Of a DNA stretch of 64,000 bases, positions 20,403 through 29,332 are shown piece by piece (within the stretch, counting starts at the first letter, position 1; each line of letters starts with the position of its first letter). Below the pieces are notes generated by a model. That model worked only from the letters and a program-made list of their open reading frames with translations, had not been told where the DNA came from and ran no database searches. This stretch comes from Pseudomonadota bacterium (GTDB taxonomy: Bacteria > Pseudomonadota > Alphaproteobacteria > Micropepsales > Micropepsaceae), in assembly GCA_021851325.1 (NCBI GenBank), contig JAJZDZ010000011.1:7424-71423 (forward strand), in the 5' to 3' direction. Position numbers and translations under genes: made by a program.

Positions 20403-20810
20403 ATGCGCTTTAGACGTAAATGGCGGTTCCGCTTCCAGCTCGACACCAGGGTCCACCCGCTGGACATCCTGGCGAGCCGCCCGCTCGCCGCGGCCATCTT
20501 CTGGCTTCCCATCTTCGCCATCGTTGCGACCGGCTATTCGGCCGTGAGCATTGATGTCCGCACCGGGGTGTGGACCGGCGGCTGCGTGCTCATGGCTCTG
20601 GGAAGCCTGATCAACGCCATGCGTTGTGGCCGCCTGCAATCCTATCTGCTCGCTCCGCTGTTTCTGCTCGGAGCCCTGGCGAGCCTTGCCTACGGTACCG
20701 GATTGTGGCCGCTCGGCCCGGCAGGCTGGGGCCTGATCGGCTATGGCCTTTTGGCCGGGCTCTGCCTTGTCAGCCCGTTGCCGGAACTCTTTCTCGGACG
20801 CTATCGCTGA
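20403..20810 (+). CDS. Hypothetical small integral membrane protein
   Basis: It has about four hydrophobic helices and strong GC3 in this frame. ATG 20403 lies 7 nt after AGGAGG. The antisense 235-aa ORF is compositionally non-protein-like. Confidence 0.55.
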   Translation: MRFRRKWRFRFQLDTRVHPLDILASRPLAAAIFWLPIFAIVATGYSAVSIDVRTGVWTGGCVLMALGSLINAMRCGRLQSYLLAPLFLLGALASLAYGTGLWPLGPAGWGLIGYGLLAGLCLVSPLPELFLGRYR

Positions 20811-20879
20811 GAGGCTTGCGCTGGCACCGGGCTTTGCCCACTGTTCCGCAAGGTAAAGCTGAAACCCCGGTATACCGCC

Positions 20880-21242
20880 TTGGAACCCATCAATATCGAG
20901 AGCAAATTCGCGCTGTTTTCCGAGCACTGGCGGCCCAAACAGATTGCCCGCCTCAATGGCCAGGAGGTCAAGCTCGCCAAGGTCAAAGGCGTCTTCCCCT
21001 GGCATCGTCACGAAAGTGCCGACGAGATGTTCCTCGTCTGGCGCGGACGGCTATTCGTGGACTATCGCGACCGGCGGGTTGAACTGGGTCCCGGCGAGAT
21101 GACGGTGGTGCCGCGTGGCGTCGAGCACCGTACCGCCGCAGACGAAGAGACCCATATCCTGATCTTTGAGCCCCTCGGCATCCGCAATACCGGTGACATC
21201 GAAAGCCCGGAATTCACCGCCCCAACCGGGGTCGAACTCTGA
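20880..21242 (+). CDS. Cupin-domain protein
   Basis: The 120-aa ORF has cupin motifs: G.F.WHRHE..DE.F.V..G, then VVPRGVEHR. The only in-frame start near the conserved N-terminus is TTG. Confidence 0.7.
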   Translation: MEPINIESKFALFSEHWRPKQIARLNGQEVKLAKVKGVFPWHRHESADEMFLVWRGRLFVDYRDRRVELGPGEMTVVPRGVEHRTAADEETHILIFEPLGIRNTGDIESPEFTAPTGVEL

Positions 21243-21246
21243 ACGC

Positions 21247-21564
21247 TCAGAACAGGCCAAGGCTGTAATCGTTCTCGGCCCTGAACCCATGCCGGCGCAT
21301 GCAGCGGGTGAAAATCCGGTTATAGGTGTAGGTCGGACTGGCGTTGCCGATCTCGTTCTGCCCGACCGCGGCTGCAACGCCGCAGTCTTTGACAATGCGC
21401 GAGTAGACCACGCCGGGGACATCCTGTGCTGCAAAGTCACGGCCGGAAAGCCGCGTGATATGGCTGCAGCCGCTGACGCAGAGGCCGAGCAGCAGGCAAA
21501 GGCCAGGCCAAAAGCCTTTATGCCCGCGCGGCACAGGTCCGCATAAACCGGTTCGCGGCAACAC
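21247..21564 (-). CDS. Hypothetical lipoprotein
   Basis: GTG 21564 lies 9 nt after AGGAGG. The signal peptide has a lipobox (LLLGLCVSG-C). No family was recognised. Confidence 0.55.
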   Translation of the reverse strand: MLPRTGLCGPVPRGHKGFWPGLCLLLGLCVSGCSHITRLSGRDFAAQDVPGVVYSRIVKDCGVAAAVGQNEIGNASPTYTYNRIFTRCMRRHGFRAENDYSLGLF

Positions 21565-21641
21565 GCTTGATATCCTCCTGAACCTGAACCAACGGCCATT
21601 GCGGGCGGCCAGCCCTTGGCCAGCCTTCCCGCCTCGGGTTT

Positions 21642-22118
21642 CTAGCTTCCGCTACGCATGCGAACGATGCGATCAGGTTCACCGCGCACCGTCCCGGAGC
21701 GCTCGTCACCCTGCTTGATGGCATCGACATGCTCCATGCCGGCCGTAACCATGCCCCACACCGTATATTGACGGTCAAGCCAGGGCGCCTCTTCAAAGCA
21801 GATGAAGAACTGGCTGTTGGCACTGTTGGGATCAGACGTCCGGGCCATAGAACAGGTTCCGCGCACATGCTTCTCGCGCGAGAATTCGGCTGCCAGATCC
21901 GGCTCCTCGGAGCCACCCGAGCCGGTGCCCGTCGGATCTCCGGTCTGAGCCATGAAGCCCGGAATCACGCGATGAAAGGCGATGCCGTCATAAAAGCCCT
22001 CATCGGCGAGCTTTTTGATACGCGCCACATGATTGGGGGCAAGGTCCGGGCGAAGGGCGATGACGACATCACCGGACTTGAGGGTGAGGACAAGCGTGTT
22101 TTCCGCAGCAGCGGCCAT
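21642..22118 (-). CDS. Peptidyl-prolyl cis-trans isomerase, cyclophilin type
   Basis: It shows FHRVIPGFMAQTGDP ... NSQFFI, which are cyclophilin signatures. Confidence 0.9.
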   Translation of the reverse strand: MAAAAENTLVLTLKSGDVVIALRPDLAPNHVARIKKLADEGFYDGIAFHRVIPGFMAQTGDPTGTGSGGSEEPDLAAEFSREKHVRGTCSMARTSDPNSANSQFFICFEEAPWLDRQYTVWGMVTAGMEHVDAIKQGDERSGTVRGEPDRIVRMRSGS

Positions 22119-22628
22119 TTAGGAATTCCTTTCGGCACAACGTTTGACAAGCAGATCGGCGACGTAGGGGCTCAGGAACGCAGAGACGTCACCACCCAGC
22201 ATGGCGATCTCCTTGACCAGGCGCGAGGCGATCGCCTGGTGGCGCGGATCGGCCATCAGAAAGACGGTTTCGATCTCGGGATTGAGGCGCTGGTTCATCC
22301 CCACCATCTGAAACTCATATTCGAAATCGGACACCGCCCTGAGGCCACGCACGATGACATTCGCCCCCACCTTCTCGGCAAACTTGATCAGCAGAGTCTC
22401 GAACTTTTCGGCGCTGATGGTCGCGCGCCCCTCACTGGCCAGAGGAGCACATTCACGGCGCAGGATTTCGAGCCGCTCTTCAAGGGAAAACATCGGCATC
22501 TTGGAGGCGTTGGTCGCAACCCCGATGACCAGATGATCGACCAGTTTGATGGCCCGCTTGATGATATCCAAATGACCCAAAGTGAGCGGATCAAATGTCC
22601 CCGGATAAAGTCCGATACGCTTGCCCAT
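22119..22628 (-). CDS. coaD: Pantetheine-phosphate adenylyltransferase
   Basis: It has the nucleotidyltransferase motif YPGTFDPLTLGHLDII and a 169-aa length typical of CoaD. Confidence 0.95.
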   Translation of the reverse strand: MGKRIGLYPGTFDPLTLGHLDIIKRAIKLVDHLVIGVATNASKMPMFSLEERLEILRRECAPLASEGRATISAEKFETLLIKFAEKVGANVIVRGLRAVSDFEYEFQMVGMNQRLNPEIETVFLMADPRHQAIASRLVKEIAMLGGDVSAFLSPYVADLLVKRCAERNS

Positions 22629-22643
22629 GGCGCGTCCCCCTCC

Positions 22644-25436
22644 CTAGATGCTCTCGCCCTCGCCGCCCGAACTCTCGGCAATGCGCTCGACTGATACCAC
22701 CCGCTCCCCGTCCTCCAGACGAAATACGGTGACACCCTGTGCCGCCCGGCCCTGGCAGGAAATCGAGCGCACCGCAACACGGATGATCTGGCCCCGATCG
22801 CTGATCAGCATCAGCTCGTCACTGTCTTCCACCGGAAAGGCGGCAATCAGGACACGGTTCTTGCGACCCATGCCCATGGCCACAATGCCCGAACCACCAC
22901 GGCCCGTGACGCGGTATTCATAGGAGCTGGTGCGCTTGCCAAAGCCGTTCTCCGATACCGCGAACACGAATTGCTCGCGCGCGCCAAGAAGAGCATAGCG
23001 TTCCGGTGACAGCGTCGCCTCTTCGCCACCGTCCTCGGCATCCTCGAGCACCTCCTCGGTGCCTTCACTCTCTTCGCCAGCGGCACGCCGCGCCACACTG
23101 GCCTGCTTGAGATAGGCCCGCGCCTCCGCCGTACTGGCATCGGAGTGATGCAAAAGACCGAGGCTGACGACATGGTCACCTTCGGCCAGACGAATGCCCC
23201 GCACACCAGTGGATTCGCGCCCCTTGAACACCCGCACCTCGGTCACCGGGAAGCGGATGGCCTTGCCGAAGGCGGTGGTCAGCAGCACGTCATCTTGCTC
23301 CGTACACAGATCGACACCGACGATGCGGTCGTCGCCATCGAGCTTCATGGCGATCTTGCCGTTGCGATTGATGTTGACGAAGTCCGATAATTCATTGCGT
23401 CGGATGTTGCCCTGGCGGGTTGCGAACACCACGTGCAGCTTGCCCCAGGCACCTTCGTCTTCCGGTAACGGCAGGATCGAGGTGATGGTCTCCCCCGCTT
23501 CCAGAGGCAGAAGATTGACCATCGCCTTGCCGCGTCCGGCAATGGCGGCTTCCGGCAGCTTCCAGACCTTGAGCTTGTAGGCCATGCCGGTCGAGGAAAA
23601 GAACACCAGCCAGGCATGGGTGTTGGCAACGAAGATCTTGGTCACGAGATCCTCATCGCGCGTCGCCATGCCCGAGCGTCCGCGTCCACCACGGCCCTGT
23701 ACCCGGTACTCGGCCAGCGAAGTACGCTTGATGTAGCCACCATGGGTGACCGTGATCGCCATCTCCTCGCGCTCGATGAGATCCTCGTCCTCGAGTTCGA
23801 GATCAGCCTCGATCAGCTCGGTCAGCCGCGGGGTCGCAAACTCGCTGCGGATGGCAGCCAGCTCCTCACGAACAATGGCAAGAACGCGCGCCCGGGAGCG
23901 CAGAATATCCAGATAGTCCTGGATCGCGACGGCAAGCTTTTGCACCTCATCGGCGATTTCGTCACGACCAAGACCGGTCAGCCGCTGCAGGCGCAGCTCG
24001 AGAATGGCTTTGGCCTGCTCCTCACTGAGCCGGATGGTGCCTTCGTCGGTCAGGCGGTGGCGCGGATCGGCGATGAGATCAACCAAGGGCCCCACATCGC
24101 GCGCCGGCCAGTCCCGTCCCATCAGCTGCGCCCGCGCCGAGGCCGCGTCCGGGGCGGCACGGATGAGACGGATGACTTCGTCGATATTGGCAACCGCTAC
24201 GGCAAGACCAACGAGGGTATGGCCACGCTCCCGCGCACGGGCGAGCTCATAGCGGGTCCGGCGGGTAACCACGTCCTCGCGAAAGCTGACAAACGCCCCA
24301 ATCAGATCCTTGAGATTCATCTGTTCGGGCTTGCCGCTGTTGAGCGCCAGCATGTTGACGCCAAAGCTCGTCTGCAGATCCGAATAACGGTGGAGCTGGT
24401 TGAGCACGACATCGGCCGATGCATCGCGCTTCAGCTCGATGACAACGCGCATGCCATGGCGATCGCTTTCATCACGGATATCGGCAATGCCCTCAACCCG
24501 CTTTTCGCGCACGAGCTCGGCCATGCGCTCCTGCAGCTTGGCCTTGTTCACCTGATAAGGCAGCTCGGTGACGATGATGGCATCACGGTCCTTGCGAATC
24601 TCTTCGACATGGGTACGGGCCCGCATCAGAACCGAACCGCGGCCTCGCATCAGGGCGGCACGCGCAGCCGCCCGACCGATGACAAGTGCCCCGGTGGGAA
24701 AATCCGGCCCCGGCACAATCTCGGTCAGTGCGTCCAGACCAATCGTGGGATCTTCGATGTAAGCGAGGCAGGCATCGATCACTTCGCCCAGATTGTGGGG
24801 CGGAATGTTGGTGGCCATGCCAACGGCGATACCAGAGGCGCCATTGACGAGCAGATTGGGAAAGCGCGCCGGCAACACGATCGGTTCGCGTTCCGAGCCG
24901 TCGTAATTGTCCTGAAACGGAACCGTGTCCTTTTCGATGTCTTCGGTCAGCGCATGGGCGATCTTTGCCCGCCGGCATTCGGTGTAGCGCATGGCCGCGG
25001 GCGGATCGCCATCGACGCTGCCGAAATTGCCCTGGCCATCGATGAGGGGAACCCGCATCGAAAAGCCCTGCGCCATACGCACCAGCGCATCGTAAATCGA
25101 CTGATCGCCATGGGGGTGATATTTACCCATGACGTCGCCCACGATCAGCGCAGACTTGCGGTACGGCTTGTTCCAGTCGCGCCCGTTTTCGTGCATCGAA
25201 TAGAGGATGCGCCGATGCACAGGCTTAAGTCCGTCGCGCGCGTCCGGTAGCGCCCGCGAAACAATGACGCTCATCGCATAATCGAGATAGGAGCGTTTGA
25301 GCTCGTCCTCGATGGCGACGGGGCTCACGCTGGCCCCGCCTGATGACGGCGTGCCGGAAGCCTCGGTATCGCTCAATATCCAACCCTTCTGTTCGCCCTC
25401 AAGGCCGCGGCCTTCCGGGGGCGTTTTCTGAACCAT
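22644..25436 (-). CDS. gyrA: DNA gyrase subunit A
   Basis: It shows [17 protein letters not shown] and the active-site region AAMRYTE, plus C-terminal beta-pinwheel repeats. An alternative TTG start at 25376 (MSDTEASG...) would remove the 38-nt overlap with the upstream gene. Confidence 0.95.
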   Translation of the reverse strand: MVQKTPPEGRGLEGEQKGWILSDTEASGTPSSGGASVSPVAIEDELKRSYLDYAMSVIVSRALPDARDGLKPVHRRILYSMHENGRDWNKPYRKSALIVGDVMGKYHPHGDQSIYDALVRMAQGFSMRVPLIDGQGNFGSVDGDPPAAMRYTECRRAKIAHALTEDIEKDTVPFQDNYDGSEREPIVLPARFPNLLVNGASGIAVGMATNIPPHNLGEVIDACLAYIEDPTIGLDALTEIVPGPDFPTGALVIGRAAARAALMRGRGSVLMRARTHVEEIRKDRDAIIVTELPYQVNKAKLQERMAELVREKRVEGIADIRDESDRHGMRVVIELKRDASADVVLNQLHRYSDLQTSFGVNMLALNSGKPEQMNLKDLIGAFVSFREDVVTRRTRYELARARERGHTLVGLAVAVANIDEVIRLIRAAPDAASARAQLMGRDWPARDVGPLVDLIADPRHRLTDEGTIRLSEEQAKAILELRLQRLTGLGRDEIADEVQKLAVAIQDYLDILRSRARVLAIVREELAAIRSEFATPRLTELIEADLELEDEDLIEREEMAITVTHGGYIKRTSLAEYRVQGRGGRGRSGMATRDEDLVTKIFVANTHAWLVFFSSTGMAYKLKVWKLPEAAIAGRGKAMVNLLPLEAGETITSILPLPEDEGAWGKLHVVFATRQGNIRRNELSDFVNINRNGKIAMKLDGDDRIVGVDLCTEQDDVLLTTAFGKAIRFPVTEVRVFKGRESTGVRGIRLAEGDHVVSLGLLHHSDASTAEARAYLKQASVARRAAGEESEGTEEVLEDAEDGGEEATLSPERYALLGAREQFVFAVSENGFGKRTSSYEYRVTGRGGSGIVAMGMGRKNRVLIAAFPVEDSDELMLISDRGQIIRVAVRSISCQGRAAQGVTVFRLEDGERVVSVERIAESSGGEGESI

Positions 25437-26157
25437 GATCTAGCATCTTGCCCGGTGGCAGGGCCAGTGAAAGCGTGCCGGAAAAGGCGCTTCTTTGCTG
25501 TTTGGCGCGGCGCGCCTGGACCCTCGCCAGCTCGCGCAGAACCCGCTGCATGGAATAGGCGTACATCAGCCGCGCCTTGGGGTGCCGGTCGTCCAGCCCG
25601 TTGCGAAAGCCGAAGGTGATGCCCACGACCTTTCCGCTGGCTGCCGCCACCACAGGACCGCCGGAAAATCCCCGCCCGCCCTCGGCGGCATAGACAAATG
25701 CCTGCTGCACCGGGCAACCCTTGCAGCGCGGCAACACCGGCGCCTGTGTGTAGCGCACCAGCCCTCTGGCCTGACGCAGGTCGGTCCGCGACAGGCCCTG
25801 GCCATAGGCGATGACCGCCTCACCAAAGCGGGGCTCGCCGATCGGGGGTACCTGTCTGCGCGAGGTGCGGAAATACATCAAATCGAAGCGCCGTGAGCGG
25901 CCGATGACACGGCGTGCGGGGATCAGATTGGCGTTGTGGCCGGCGGTGGCGGCAATGCCTGGCGCAATCACGGTTGCCGCCCCCTCCCCCCGCCACAGCA
26001 GATAGAGCGCGTGTTGCAGCGGAATATAGGCGGCGGCAACCGCAGGCGTACGGAAGTGCCGCGCGGGACGTCCCGAGGGCACGGCCGTACAGCCGCTCAT
26101 GAGCATCAGAACAACGGCCGCGCCGACACGCCAGAGCGGGCGCGGGGAAAGAGCCAT
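25399..26157 (-). CDS. Trypsin-like serine peptidase lipoprotein (hypothetical)
   Basis: From ATG 26157 there is a signal peptide with a lipobox (VLMLMSG-C). A His-motif-like segment (TAGHN) and a GDSGGP-like Ser motif (GFSGGPVV) follow. The longer ORF-track version (to 26520) overlaps ssb and is rejected. Confidence 0.6.
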   Translation of the reverse strand: MALSPRPLWRVGAAVVLMLMSGCTAVPSGRPARHFRTPAVAAAYIPLQHALYLLWRGEGAATVIAPGIAATAGHNANLIPARRVIGRSRRFDLMYFRTSRRQVPPIGEPRFGEAVIAYGQGLSRTDLRQARGLVRYTQAPVLPRCKGCPVQQAFVYAAEGGRGFSGGPVVAAASGKVVGITFGFRNGLDDRHPKARLMYAYSMQRVLRELARVQARRAKQQRSAFSGTLSLALPPGKMLDHGSENAPGRPRP

Positions 26158-26167
26158 GCGCACAATC

Positions 26168-26632
26168 CTAGAACGGAATTTCGTCGTCCATGTCGTCGCG
26201 CTCAAAGCTGGCCGGTACCTCGCCTGCACTGCGCGCAGGCCCGGCCAGCGCACCGCCACCGGACTCGCCGCGGCCGTCAAGCATGACAAGTTCGCCGCGG
26301 AACCGCTGCAGCACGACTTCCGTGGTGTATTTTTCCGCGCCGTCCTTGTCGGTATATTTGCGGGTCTGCAGCTGACCCTCCAGATAGACCTTGGCACCCT
26401 TGCGCAGATATTGCTCAGCCACCTTGGCCAGGTTCTCGTTGAAGATGACAACCCGGTGCCATTCGGTGCGCTCCCGCCGCTCGCCGCTGGCCTTGTCCCG
26501 CCAACTCTCCGAGGTCGCAAGCGACAGGTTGACGACCGGCTCGCCGCTCGACAGGCGCCGGACGTCCGGATCCTTACCCAGATTGCCCACGAGGATCACC
26601 TTGTTGACGCTGCCCGCCATTGTCGTCTCCAT
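26168..26632 (-). CDS. ssb: Single-stranded DNA-binding protein
   Basis: It has an OB-fold N-terminus ([21 protein letters not shown]), a Gly-rich linker and an acidic tail ending in DDEIPF. Confidence 0.95.
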   Translation of the reverse strand: METTMAGSVNKVILVGNLGKDPDVRRLSSGEPVVNLSLATSESWRDKASGERRERTEWHRVVIFNENLAKVAEQYLRKGAKVYLEGQLQTRKYTDKDGAEKYTTEVVLQRFRGELVMLDGRGESGGGALAGPARSAGEVPASFERDDMDDEIPF

Positions 26633-26849
26633 TCCTTAAACTGAAGGCTCGAACCTAGCCTTGCCGAAGCCGTCGCGCCACCATCGCACACGCGGCAATT
26701 TGTGGACCATAGCAAAGGCCGCTTCCGGTTCCGATCACCTTGAGTTGTATGGCGCTGGTTCTTGGCTGCCCCTGGGAGCGAGCAAAGGAGCCCGCCACCG
26801 ATCCAGGCGCGGACCAGACGATTCTCGGGGCCCCGGCGTGCCTTTGCGG

Positions 26850-26872
26850 AAAAAGCCGGAGGATCGGCCGGC
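26850..26872 (-). terminator. Possible weak terminator downstream of the S9 peptidase gene
   Basis: The minus strand reads GCCGG-CCGATCCT-CCGGC followed by TTTTT. The stem is only 5 bp. Confidence 0.3.
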
Positions 26873-26997
26873 CACAAGGAGCCGCCTTCCACAGCCTGGG
26901 TGGGACCCCGCAGCTTTGCCAGGTACTGCCCGAAAGGACCTGGATACCCTGGCCGTTCCGTCAGCCCGGGCCTTCCATCAGCGTCGCGACCGGACCC

Positions 26998-29085
26998 TCA
27001 AGGTTGCCGAAAGTGCAGCTGCCACACCAGGAAAGCGAGTTCATGAGCCATCTGCGCCACCTGTGTACGAACCGGCAGCGTTCCGGAATGGCCTGATTTT
27101 GAATCATAGAGGAGCAGGACCGGCTTGCCGGATCGGGATGCGTGTTGCAGAGCTGCGGTCATCTTGAGCGAATGCGCAGGACTTACCCGCGTGTCATCCG
27201 CACCGGTGACGAGAAGAACCGCCGGATAGGCCACGCCCTTGCGCACATGCTCGTAGGGCGAATAGGCCAGAAGCGCCTTGAACTGGGCTTTGTTCTTGAT
27301 CGAGCCGTATTCGCCGGCCCACCAGCCTGCGATGCCGAATTTTTCATAGCGCAGCATGTCAGCCAGCGCGTAGCGGGCGATGGCCGCACCGAAGAGCTTT
27401 GGGTGCTGGACAATCGAGACGAGTACAAGCAGTCCGCCATTACTCATGCCCTGAATCGCGAGCCGGCCCGGCACGGTATAATGTTTGGCGATAAGGAACC
27501 GCGCCGCAGCGGCAAAATCATCAAAGCTGTTCTGCTTGTTGAGAAGATCGCCGTCGCTATGCCAGGTCTCGCCAAATTCATCGCCACCTCGAATATTGGC
27601 CAGCGCATAGATCCCGCCATTCTTCACCCAGACTGCCTCCTGGGGTGAGAAAATCGGGGTTTGCGCCCAGGCAAATCCGCCATAGCCATAGAGCAGAACA
27701 GGATTGTGGCTGGTCCTTCGGATCGGACCACGATGAACCAGAAACATGGGCACACGTGTGCCGTCCTTGGAACGATACCAGACCTGCTCGGTGACCACGC
27801 CGGCAAGCCATTTGGGCAGCTTTGGTCCTGAGATCACCTGCTGCCTGCCGCTTTTGAACGCGTAACTCCAGAACGTCCTGGGCGTGGCAAACGACGTGTA
27901 GCCGTAGCTGAAGCGCGGTGATGACCAGCTGCCTTCAACATCGCCCACCGTGCCAAGTCCAGGCAGCGCTACAGTTTTCATGGCCCCGGTTGCAGGATCA
28001 AGGAGCACCAGCCGCGCATGGGCATCATGCAAATAGCTGAGAACGAGCCGACCTCCCGCGAGGGCGAAGCTCTGCAGCGTGTCTGCCGTCTGTGGCACCA
28101 GAACCCGCCAGTCGGCGCGCTGGGGTCGGTTTACTGCCGCCACCATGATCTTGCCCCGCGGAGCATCGAGATCGGTCTGAATATAGATGTGTCCTGCCGC
28201 AGCACGGGCGACAAAATTCGCATTCTGACCCTTGACCAGAACCTGTGCTGACGCGGAGCCTCCGGTCCTCTTGAGGTAAAGGTCTGTCGGACCGGTTGCA
28301 CCATGTAACACCTGGATCAAAAGGACATGCCCACGTGGCGACAGGGTTGCCTGCAGGATGTCCTTAATCCCAAGCCGTCGCCCGAAGAGCAGCCGATCGG
28401 GGGTCCTGCCGCCAAGGCGATGGGCATAAAGTCGGGGGCCGTGGGAACCAAACCTGATGTAGTAGACGGTCTTGTCGTCCGGAGCCAGCAGCAGCGACCA
28501 ATAGATATAGCGGGCATCCGGGAGCACATCCTTCAGGCTCCGTCGCTGCACGACATCGTAAAAATGAATGCTGAGCTGGTCAGTGCCACCATGACGTACC
28601 CCGTAGGCGATCAGCCGTCCGTCGTGCGACACGGCTAGCAGATCCAGCGTCGCGTTCTTCCCGAAGCGGCGGGGATCAAGAATGCGTACCTCGCTGCGGC
28701 CAGGGCTTGTGCGCAAATAGAGCGAAGCCACCTGGGCACCTGGCGGCTTTCTGAGGATGACGGTGCGGCCATTGCGGCAGATGACGCTCTGGGGCGTATT
28801 GAGCCGGGTCAGCGGCATAAGTTCGTGGGCCAGCAGCGGCAAGGATGGCTGCTGGCCGAGCAGCCTTTGTGTGTAGCGCTGCTCAGCAGCAATGAAGCCA
28901 TGCGTTGCTGGCGAGGACAGCTGCTCAAGCCAGCGATAAGGATCAGGAACACGGACTCCATGAATGACTTCGACCAGCCGATCGCGAGGTGCCGCTGGCG
29001 GAGGAGGAAGAGTTCCCGCGCTCAAACCTTTAGGGCAGATGAGGGCCGCAAACAGGCAGAGGATGACACCGCGCAAGGATTTCAT
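26998..29085 (-). CDS. Secreted S9 family serine peptidase (prolyl oligopeptidase-like)
   Basis: It has a Sec signal (MKSLRGVILCLFAALICPKGLSA), a beta-propeller-length N-terminal region, the nucleophile motif GMSNGGLL, then DDTRV and a C-terminal SGHSG region. Confidence 0.85.
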   Translation of the reverse strand: MKSLRGVILCLFAALICPKGLSAGTLPPPPAAPRDRLVEVIHGVRVPDPYRWLEQLSSPATHGFIAAEQRYTQRLLGQQPSLPLLAHELMPLTRLNTPQSVICRNGRTVILRKPPGAQVASLYLRTSPGRSEVRILDPRRFGKNATLDLLAVSHDGRLIAYGVRHGGTDQLSIHFYDVVQRRSLKDVLPDARYIYWSLLLAPDDKTVYYIRFGSHGPRLYAHRLGGRTPDRLLFGRRLGIKDILQATLSPRGHVLLIQVLHGATGPTDLYLKRTGGSASAQVLVKGQNANFVARAAAGHIYIQTDLDAPRGKIMVAAVNRPQRADWRVLVPQTADTLQSFALAGGRLVLSYLHDAHARLVLLDPATGAMKTVALPGLGTVGDVEGSWSSPRFSYGYTSFATPRTFWSYAFKSGRQQVISGPKLPKWLAGVVTEQVWYRSKDGTRVPMFLVHRGPIRRTSHNPVLLYGYGGFAWAQTPIFSPQEAVWVKNGGIYALANIRGGDEFGETWHSDGDLLNKQNSFDDFAAAARFLIAKHYTVPGRLAIQGMSNGGLLVLVSIVQHPKLFGAAIARYALADMLRYEKFGIAGWWAGEYGSIKNKAQFKALLAYSPYEHVRKGVAYPAVLLVTGADDTRVSPAHSLKMTAALQHASRSGKPVLLLYDSKSGHSGTLPVRTQVAQMAHELAFLVWQLHFRQP

Positions 29086-29332
29086 GGTTGACCTCGTTCC
29101 AGTCACCCTGCGTCGGTCACCACCTGCGCCGCGCAAGAGGACGCAAAGCTCGCCATGATCCTTCGCGTTCCCTCAAGACGCGCTCAGGCATTTGGCTGCA
29201 TTTGGCCCACTGCCGACAGATTAAGACCCGATCTGATGCGAAAAAAGAACCGCGCCCTTCCCAACATTGCCCCGCCATGAGACCTAAAGAGCTGACACCC
29301 TCGGCTCAATCTGCATCCTGGGGAACACCGCC

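Noticed and set aside
23616-25250. A 544-aa plus-strand ORF.
   Set aside because: It is antisense to gyrA, whose identity is unambiguous. Its composition is not protein-like.
26158-26520. The N-terminal 121 codons of the 373-aa ORF at 25399-26520.
   Set aside because: This part overlaps ssb in another frame. The lipoprotein signal peptide starts at the internal Met (26157).
26645-26661. A tRNA-like T-arm: a 5-bp stem (AGGCT/AGCCT) with a 7-nt loop containing GGTTCG on the minus strand.
   Set aside because: The loop register does not match the T-psi-C consensus, and no acceptor, D or anticodon arms could be built around it. It lies 13-29 nt upstream of the ssb start, so it is more likely a 5-prime-UTR hairpin.
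26596-27167. Several ORFs of 94-168 aa in the ssb-peptidase spacer.
   Set aside because: Their translations are Pro/Arg/Gly-rich with no signal, motif or RBS, and they overlap one another in different frames. I treat the 365-bp region as non-coding (ssb promoter plus peptidase 3-prime end). An sRNA cannot be excluded or supported from the sequence alone.
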